From positions 4,769 to 68,768 of the forward strand of contig QBZD01000002.1 in assembly GCA_003282485.1 (NCBI GenBank): a stretch of 64,000 nt of DNA, given 5' to 3'. A program made the position numbers and the translations under genes. The notes beneath the pieces are model-generated. The model was not told the DNA's origin and did not search any database. It saw only the letters and a program-made list of their open reading frames with translations. This document shows positions 40,168 through 47,350 of the stretch, one piece after another. Every line of letters starts with the position of its first letter. Positions within the stretch are counted from its first letter, which is position 1. This DNA comes from Pelagibacteraceae bacterium AG-333-C14 (GTDB lineage Bacteria > Pseudomonadota > Alphaproteobacteria > Pelagibacterales > AG-422-B15).

Positions 40168-41138
40168 TAATGAATATTCTCTCTATAAAAATTAAACCAG
40201 TTGTCGCCTAATATTGCATCTACTTCTTTATCATCAAAGCCTACTTCTTTTAAGCCTAATTCAAGATTGTTAAACCCTAGAGTATTTTCAAACCAATCCG
40301 GCTGTCTTGGAAATGCTGCATCACTTTTAGACCCTTCTCCATAATCCTTAGTTTTTGTCCAGGTCCCATTTCTCATCCACTCAACAACAGAGTCAGGTTG
40401 ATCAAGACATAAATCTGATCCAATACCTACATGATCAATTCCCATTAGATCTACAGTCTTTGCTGTCATTTCACAAAAACTTTTAAGAGTACAATTAGTT
40501 CCTCCAAGAAGATGGTGAGGATAAAGTGAGAGACCTATTATACCTTTTGACTGACTGAGTGCTTTTAATATTTCATTTGATTTATTCCTCTTCGCTGGAT
40601 GCCAAAAAGAAGGATTGGCATGAGTGATAGCAATGGGTTTTTCTGAAATGGTAATTGCATCTAGTGTTGACTGCTCAGCTGAGTGCGACATGTCTACAAC
40701 GATTCCAACACTATTCATTTCCTTAATGACTTCTCTACCCATTCGGGTTACCCCACTATCGTTATCTTCATAACAGCCTGTAGCGAGTAGAGACTGATTA
40801 TTATAAGTGAGCTGCATAAAGACTGCTCCCAGATCATGTACTGATTTAACAAGACCAATATCATCTTCAATGGGCGAGCAATTTTGAAAGCCAAAAAAAA
40901 CTGCAGTTTTATTTTCCTCTTTTGCTTTTTCTATATCTTTGTACGTTCTGCCATGTATCAATAAATTATCAAATTTTTCAAAATAAGTATTCCACTGCTC
41001 TACATTATTTTTTACTTCATCAAAATCTTCATGATAAGCGATAGTTACATGAATTGCATGTAAACCAGCTTCATTGTTGGTTTTAAAAATTTCTTCTGAC
41101 CAATTGCAATATTGTAAATTATCGATTCTATAGGTCAT
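40167..41138 (-). CDS. membrane (renal) dipeptidase family M19 metallopeptidase
   Basis: 323 aa with 'VVDMSHSAEQSTLDAI', 'ITHANP' and 'IDHVGIGSDL', giving the M19 TIM-barrel zinc hydrolase pattern. Confidence 0.8.
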   Translation of the reverse strand: MTYRIDNLQYCNWSEEIFKTNNEAGLHAIHVTIAYHEDFDEVKNNVEQWNTYFEKFDNLLIHGRTYKDIEKAKEENKTAVFFGFQNCSPIEDDIGLVKSVHDLGAVFMQLTYNNQSLLATGCYEDNDSGVTRMGREVIKEMNSVGIVVDMSHSAEQSTLDAITISEKPIAITHANPSFWHPAKRNKSNEILKALSQSKGIIGLSLYPHHLLGGTNCTLKSFCEMTAKTVDLMGIDHVGIGSDLCLDQPDSVVEWMRNGTWTKTKDYGEGSKSDAAFPRQPDWFENTLGFNNLELGLKEVGFDDKEVDAILGDNWFNFYRENIH

Positions 41139-41347
41139 ATAATTCTAATTCGTTGATCATTGTTTCTACTCATATACTATGAAAGCGTTGAGAGGGGAAA
41201 CAATGCTAAGAAAATCAATTTTTGAGCTATTCTAATGTTTTTTTGGCGAAACTGCGACAATTTTGGCCCTAATTCTCATACTGAACTTCTTTCTTTCTTT
41301 ATTTAAGATATTATATTCAAAGAGATACTAATTTTAATAACTACATT

Positions 41348-41947
41348 ATGTACACCCCTATTAACCAATATATCGAGAGACTGGAGAATATCTCCTTTAA
41401 TGTTGATGAACTGAACAAAGCGGTATCTGACCTTGTAAAGATTAGACCGTTTGAAAATGAAAACTTAAAACCTGGCATGTTAAAATCTAATGCCATCTGC
41501 TTAAACTACGATGAGAAAGAACTTGATGAGTGGTTCGGTGGAAATATAAGAGGCAAATATTGGACAAAGCCTGACTCTTCTTTCGAGGAAATGGAGCGTG
41601 AACCATATATTGATGAGACGAGATATACATTATTTAACCCAAAGTTAGACAATACTTACTTTAAATATGTTTATGAAAAAATTAATGAGTACTTTGAAGT
41701 TGGAAGATGCAGAGTAATTAAAATGCCTCCAAGAACTACACTAAGCTGGCATCGAGATCCTGAGAAACGTATCCACGTTGCAATTAAAACAAATTATGGA
41801 GCTAGGATGTTTATTGAGCATACAGGTCATCATATTCCTGCTGATGGAAATATTTATCTAACAGATAATACTAAGTACCACACAGCGATCAATGGTGGTG
41901 AGGAAGATCGAATTCATTTAGTGGCTACCGTTTTAGGTACAAAGTAG
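41348..41947 (+). CDS. aspartyl/asparaginyl beta-hydroxylase-like Fe(II)/2-oxoglutarate oxygenase (cupin)
   Basis: 199 aa. 'LSWHRDPEKRIHVAIKTN...TKYHTAINGGEEDRIHLV' fits the HxD...H facial triad and the C-terminal R-x-H-L of that family. Confidence 0.6.
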   Translation: MYTPINQYIERLENISFNVDELNKAVSDLVKIRPFENENLKPGMLKSNAICLNYDEKELDEWFGGNIRGKYWTKPDSSFEEMEREPYIDETRYTLFNPKLDNTYFKYVYEKINEYFEVGRCRVIKMPPRTTLSWHRDPEKRIHVAIKTNYGARMFIEHTGHHIPADGNIYLTDNTKYHTAINGGEEDRIHLVATVLGTK

Positions 41948-41949
41948 CT

Positions 41950-43290
41950 TTAGCAATCAATAATATTTTTTCTTTCCCAATCTTTTTTATTTTCATCGCT
42001 TACTTTATTGTGTTCTGCGATTTCTCTTTTTTTAAGTTTTATATACTGAGAGACAACTTTTGAGCCTATAGATTTTTTTACAATCTCACTGGCTTTAAAT
42101 TTATTAAGTGACTCTATAAGAGAGTGAGGTAGCTTTTTTATTCTCTTTAACCTGTGACCTTGTGAATACATATTAACATCTATCCTCTTACCAGGATTTC
42201 TTTTATTTTTTATTCCATCCAATCCCATAGCAATTAGCCCAGCTTGCAAAAGATATGGATTAACGGCACCATCAGCAGGTCTAAATTCTATTCTTCCTGC
42301 ATCTGGTATTCTAATCATATGAGTCCGATTATTTCCAGAATAGGTTACAGCAGTAGGTGAATACGTTGATCCTGAATTGGTTGTTCTCGCATTCAAACGA
42401 TCATAACTATTTAATGATGGGTTGAACCAAGCAGAAAATGAATCAACAGATTTCATTATTCCACCAATAAAGTGGTAGCCCATTTTGGATAAGCCAAGTT
42501 CATTATCCTGATCAAGAAAATGATTTTGCTTCTTCTTTGAGTCCCATAAAGATGCGTGTGCATGACAACCATTTCCGGTTAATTCATCAAATGGCTTGGG
42601 CATAAACGTTGCCCTTAATCCGTGTTTTTCAGCAATAGATTTTACCATAAATTTAAAAAAAACATGTCGATCTGCAGTTGTGAGAGAATCTGTGTAATCC
42701 CAATTCATTTCATACTGCCCATTAGCATCCTCATGATCATTTTGATAGGGCTTCCACCCAAGCTTGATCATGGAGTCGCAAATTTCCTTTAAAATATCGT
42801 AGCGCCTCATCAATGCTGCCACATCATAGCAAGGCTTTTGAGCATCATCCCTTGAATCAGCAACCTCAGTTCCAGCTTCATTAAGTATGAAAAATTCGCA
42901 CTCTACTCCCGTCATCATTTTAAAATTGAGATCTGTCATTTGACTAATTTGTTTTTTGAGAATGACACGTGGGCATTGATCCATGGGCGCATTGTTAATA
43001 ACCAGATCACTAGCTAACCAACCAACATCAGGTTGCCATGGTAATTGTATGAGACTTTCTGGGTCTGGAACAGCAAACATGTCAGGGGCTGCAAAATCAA
43101 GGTCTAAGTAAGTTGCAAAACCGCCAAATCCAGCACCAGTTTTTTGCATTTCAGAAATAGCGCGGGCTGGCACTAATTTTGCACGTTGGATACCGAACAA
43201 ATCAACAAAACTGATTAAGAAGTATTTGATTTTCTTTTGTTGAGCGATCTTAGCTAAACTGCTTTTCATAATTAGAATTATGACTTCCAA
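41950..43290 (-). CDS. glutamine synthetase family gamma-glutamyl-amine ligase (PuuA/GmaS-like)
   Basis: 446 aa with 'GVECEFFI', 'NGCHAHASLW', 'NSYDRL' and 'NRTHMIRIP'. The start is probably the Met at 43269 (MKSSLAK...). The substrate cannot be read from the sequence. Confidence 0.8.
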   Translation of the reverse strand: MEVIILIMKSSLAKIAQQKKIKYFLISFVDLFGIQRAKLVPARAISEMQKTGAGFGGFATYLDLDFAAPDMFAVPDPESLIQLPWQPDVGWLASDLVINNAPMDQCPRVILKKQISQMTDLNFKMMTGVECEFFILNEAGTEVADSRDDAQKPCYDVAALMRRYDILKEICDSMIKLGWKPYQNDHEDANGQYEMNWDYTDSLTTADRHVFFKFMVKSIAEKHGLRATFMPKPFDELTGNGCHAHASLWDSKKKQNHFLDQDNELGLSKMGYHFIGGIMKSVDSFSAWFNPSLNSYDRLNARTTNSGSTYSPTAVTYSGNNRTHMIRIPDAGRIEFRPADGAVNPYLLQAGLIAMGLDGIKNKRNPGKRIDVNMYSQGHRLKRIKKLPHSLIESLNKFKASEIVKKSIGSKVVSQYIKLKKREIAEHNKVSDENKKDWERKNIIDC

Positions 43291-43364
43291 AATATTAAAT
43301 TCAATAATGAATTATAAGCTATATTTATGTTACATAAAACCCAATTTGGGCATACTATCATATT

Positions 43365-44432
43365 ATGGATCCAAACTTAGAAGCAAAAAAAGACAAAGTT
43401 ATTGATCTCATTAACAATCTAGAAGACAGCAACTTTGCATTGTTGCTCTTAATTCATATTTCTCGGTATCAAAATTTATTTTTGCATACAGAACCTGATT
43501 GGTCAAACAGCCCAAATAATTGGATAACTAAAGACAGACGACTCCAAGATGAGTCTATTGGAGTTCTTTCGTTCATCATTCTTTATTCTCTTACCAATGC
43601 ACATGTAGATGAAAATCTTTTTCCTGAATATAGAAAGCAAATTAAGGCAATGAAGCTTGAAGATTTCTTAGATAATAATTTTTTTATTACTCCATTTACT
43701 AATTTTATTGGAAAAAAAATATCTCTCAAAGTTCTTGAGGCATTTTTTTCAATTCCCCGTGAAAATATAAGACGATATATAAATTCTTTGATAGAGGCTG
43801 GATTTATTAGTAAAGACAAAACGTATGGCTATCTTGTAAACATGGAGGCGTATGTTCAATATATATTTACTGACTCTCTTAGTAAAATTATGAAGTCACT
43901 CATGAGAACATTCGATGATATTATTGCTAACCTTGAGGAAAAGTACCAACTAAAATTAAATTTAAAACCAATCTCATCGATAGATTTAGGAAAGACAAAA
44001 CCAGACGTATGGAATCGAATTAGATTGCCTATGTATCATTTTTGGGTAAGAGTTCTAACACTAGAAGGCAATGATCACCTTTTAAGCCCTAATGATAGAG
44101 TTGTCTTGTCTGCATCGATCTATTTTAGGAAACGTACAGGAATATTAAATTTCGCTAATATTTCTGAGTTATACGAAAATGATTATTTATTGCCAACAAA
44201 TATTTCGTCAATTGCAGAGGCATCTAAAATGCCACGAGAAACTGTGAGGAGGTGTAGTAATAAATTAATAAAGATGGGACATTTTGAAAAAAAAGGACGT
44301 CAATTGTTTAGAACTAATTACGCTCATAAAAAAGATGGAGAAATAGCAACATTTATCAAGAATAAAGCAGTTACAACTCGCGACATGATGAATTTTTATT
44401 TTAGAATCTATGAAGATTTAGTTCAGATTTAA
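43365..44432 (+). CDS. hypothetical protein with two winged-helix-like modules (putative DNA-binding regulator)
   Basis: 355 aa with an internal duplication: 'FSIPRENIRRYINSLIEAGFISKDKTYGY' (aa ~128-156) and 'SKMPRETVRRCSNKLIKMGHFEKKGRQLF' (aa ~288-316). Confidence 0.55.
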   Translation: MDPNLEAKKDKVIDLINNLEDSNFALLLLIHISRYQNLFLHTEPDWSNSPNNWITKDRRLQDESIGVLSFIILYSLTNAHVDENLFPEYRKQIKAMKLEDFLDNNFFITPFTNFIGKKISLKVLEAFFSIPRENIRRYINSLIEAGFISKDKTYGYLVNMEAYVQYIFTDSLSKIMKSLMRTFDDIIANLEEKYQLKLNLKPISSIDLGKTKPDVWNRIRLPMYHFWVRVLTLEGNDHLLSPNDRVVLSASIYFRKRTGILNFANISELYENDYLLPTNISSIAEASKMPRETVRRCSNKLIKMGHFEKKGRQLFRTNYAHKKDGEIATFIKNKAVTTRDMMNFYFRIYEDLVQI

Positions 44433-47167
44433 ATTGAGCACATTAAAATAATTTCTTCATTACACACTAGTTCAGCTTCAACAATTGAGCTGTTTTGAGC
44501 GCTTAATTGTGTATCAAGAGCTTCCAGCATAGACTTTGCTTCATTCATTGGCACCGGACCTACAATTATGGAATAGTCGTTTTTATCTAATTTATCGACA
44601 TTGATATCATATTTGAGAAATCTGCTGTCAAATCCCATGACATCGTAAATATAATTCATAAAACTGAATGCAGAATTGCCACGTGTATAGGATCCAATTT
44701 TTATATAAACAAATTCAGCATCGCTGGTATCAATTGATAATTCAGCTTCTTCAATATCACTTGCTTGGGCACTAAATGCATTCGATACAACTTCTGTAGG
44801 CTCTTCGATGAGTTGAGTGAGATCTTCTAATGCTTGAGTTGCTTCTTCAGCTAATTTATTTTCTAATTCAGCAGCATTGCTAAGTTCTGTAAGTAAATCT
44901 CTTGCAGCAGTAGCTTCTTCTACAAGACTATTCTCATCAACAGTATTTAAAATTTTCTTTTTTGGTAAAACACTAACTAATTCTAATGTTTCTTCAGTAT
45001 TATCAACTATAGCCTCATCATTTGGTAAGAGTGGTGCATCTAGTTGACTCTCCATGTCATCAACTTCTGTAATGGCTGCTTCTTCATTATCAACAGAAGC
45101 ATCATCAAGTATATTTTGAGCTTTTTGAAGAGTGTTATCAACAGAGTCTAATAAATCATTAAGACTATCAGCATCATTAATGACCATCTCATTTGAAACG
45201 ACATAATCATCTAAATCAATACTTGGCTCATCGATAATTTCTGTAATCTCTGGAATTTCGTCATCTGTTGTAATGTTGTTCGCTTCTTTTTTATCCAGAC
45301 CCAATTGGATAAGTTTTTTTCTTGCACCTTCACCTTCTTGGGCAAGAAATTCACCCTCATCCATAAATTGAAGTGTAAAATTGTCCTCAACTGAAACAAG
45401 AGCATTTGCAACTGAAACTTTTAACTTAATTCCTGACACATCACTTGGTGGATTGCCCACAAACGATAAATCAGAAGTTAAAAAAGCAAGCCATCTGGGC
45501 AAAGGAGTTCCATCTTCTTGCGTAGCTTGAAAACGTAATTTACCTGGCCCACTGATATTGAAAGTATTTTCCGAAATTTGAAATTTATTACTCGTTTGCT
45601 GTGTATTGATTGGATCATTTATAATCAGAAGCATGGGATCTTGCTCGCTGATAGGAAGATTTACGGCTGCTTGGTAAACTTCTCCCCATTCGGAAAGATT
45701 GGTTTCAATATTTTTACTTACATCCTCAATCGATAAATTTTGATGATTATCAGGAAGAATATCTTTTCCTATTGATGCATAGATTTGACCGATACTATGC
45801 TGCATTTCAGAAAATGCTAGATCTCGTCTGAGTTCCGCAACGAGTAAACTCGCTTCTTCTCGAATAACTTCAAGTTCACCAAATCTTGAGACTTTTTGGG
45901 CATTTTGAACTTGTTTACTTATCCTTTGTGCAACATCTAAATATCTTTGTGCGGTATCATATTCTTCAATGGCCAAGGCATAATTCATATTTGAGAGGTG
46001 TACTTGAGACAGTACTGTCATGGCTATCGCAAGATGACGTTCTGCAATTAAATCTTTACTTGCTTCTGATGATTTTCTTACGGCGCCTAGAGAAAATACG
46101 TTAAAAAGATTAGCTCCAATTGAAGCTCCGTATTCTGTCGTATCTTGGTTTAATAAATATTCATTATCAGAATATCCATACGTGGCATTGAATTTTATAC
46201 TAGGGATCAAACCTAATATAGCTGCTTTAGTATCCTTACTGGTAATTCTTTTTTGATATCGACTTTCCATGAGTTCAGGTCTTGAAACGAGAGCCATCTC
46301 TTCCATTGTTTCTATGCGCATATTTATATTGGTGAGGTAAGTATCGTCGCTTGATAAACTAAACTTTTGGCCAGGTAGTAATCCCATGAGTATTGCAAGC
46401 TCATTTTTAGAATTTATTAATGCCCTTTGTTGAGTTTGTAGCGTTCTCTGTACGTCAAGTAATTCTTTTTGATAAAGCAACGAGTCCATAGGTGCAGATA
46501 TGAGTAGTTCTTCAATATATTGTGAATCTGCAAGAGCAGTTTCAACTCTATCAAGAAGTGGATTCAATTTTTTTAAGAGATTTTCTGACGCTTGCGCTTT
46601 CCAGTAAGCACGAATGATGTCTCGTGTGATATTTTGAGTTGCCTTTCGCTCAAGTTCTTTTGCAATTAAGTAGCGATCTGCTTGCTGTCCAGCACGTATG
46701 TAAGATAATCCAAAGTCAAGAGCATTCCATGTAAATTCAATGTTTCTAGTTTCCAAACCTTTATCTCTTGAAATTGTATAAGACTGTGTTCCATCTAATG
46801 CCGGAGCATCTCCCATATCATTATCTACGCCAACACTTGTTGATGGTTGCAATTCATTAAACTCAGAGTAACCTGCATTGAGTGCAATATCAGGCAGCAT
46901 ATCAAATCGTTGAAGATCACTTTGTCTTTGAGCTAATGCTGACTCCATAACACTTATTCTTAAGTCACGGTTGTTTTTAATTCCAATAGCAATTGCAGTG
47001 TGCAGGTCTATGTTTTCTAGAGGTGCCTCAACTGCAAGCAAAGATAAATCCTTTTGAACACTTACATTTAATTTTTCTGCGTCGATAACATTTGGTGTTC
47101 GAGCGCAGGCGCTGAGTGCGATGAATAGGAAAAATATAATTATTTTTGTACCAATTATTCTCATCAA
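44429..47167 (-). CDS. TolC-family outer-membrane lipoprotein with a C-terminal extension (cadherin-like Ig domain, acidic linker, SPOR-like domain)
   Basis: 912 aa with lipobox 'FIALSAC' (Cys21). The region aa ~30-480 is coiled-coil/beta-barrel like TolC/OEP. 'PLPRWLAFLTSDLSFVGNPPSDVSGIKLKVSV' is a dystroglycan-type cadherin-like motif. A D/E-rich linker of about 200 aa follows. The C-terminus 'YIKIGSYTRGNSAFSF...YSIIVGPVPMNEAKSMLEAL' is SPOR-like. Confidence 0.8.
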   Translation of the reverse strand: MMRIIGTKIIIFFLFIALSACARTPNVIDAEKLNVSVQKDLSLLAVEAPLENIDLHTAIAIGIKNNRDLRISVMESALAQRQSDLQRFDMLPDIALNAGYSEFNELQPSTSVGVDNDMGDAPALDGTQSYTISRDKGLETRNIEFTWNALDFGLSYIRAGQQADRYLIAKELERKATQNITRDIIRAYWKAQASENLLKKLNPLLDRVETALADSQYIEELLISAPMDSLLYQKELLDVQRTLQTQQRALINSKNELAILMGLLPGQKFSLSSDDTYLTNINMRIETMEEMALVSRPELMESRYQKRITSKDTKAAILGLIPSIKFNATYGYSDNEYLLNQDTTEYGASIGANLFNVFSLGAVRKSSEASKDLIAERHLAIAMTVLSQVHLSNMNYALAIEEYDTAQRYLDVAQRISKQVQNAQKVSRFGELEVIREEASLLVAELRRDLAFSEMQHSIGQIYASIGKDILPDNHQNLSIEDVSKNIETNLSEWGEVYQAAVNLPISEQDPMLLIINDPINTQQTSNKFQISENTFNISGPGKLRFQATQEDGTPLPRWLAFLTSDLSFVGNPPSDVSGIKLKVSVANALVSVEDNFTLQFMDEGEFLAQEGEGARKKLIQLGLDKKEANNITTDDEIPEITEIIDEPSIDLDDYVVSNEMVINDADSLNDLLDSVDNTLQKAQNILDDASVDNEEAAITEVDDMESQLDAPLLPNDEAIVDNTEETLELVSVLPKKKILNTVDENSLVEEATAARDLLTELSNAAELENKLAEEATQALEDLTQLIEEPTEVVSNAFSAQASDIEEAELSIDTSDAEFVYIKIGSYTRGNSAFSFMNYIYDVMGFDSRFLKYDINVDKLDKNDYSIIVGPVPMNEAKSMLEALDTQLSAQNSSIVEAELVCNEEIILMCSI

Positions 47168-47350
47168 TTAAGGATATCTGTTTACTAGCTGTTATGAGAA
47201 GGGAATATAGACAAATGGCTTAAAACTCTAAAAAAAATTTGCCCAAAATGGGTATTTCAAGCTTATGAGAGTACCTTTAGAATTTTAGTCATGTATAAAG
47301 AAAAGGCTAAATGCCAATAATCATACTGGTGCGAAAAACTATATATATAA

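Noticed and set aside
41181-41234. A 17-codon ORF (MKALRGETMLRKSIFELF*) in the dipeptidase/oxygenase intergenic region.
   Set aside because: It has no Shine-Dalgarno sequence, is very short, and overlaps the inverted repeat. Nothing distinguishes it from chance.
47168-47350. A sigma70-like promoter for the giant gene (for example TTGCCC...TATGAG).
   Set aside because: Several weak hexamer pairs are possible in this AT-rich spacer, and none is convincing without 5'-end data.
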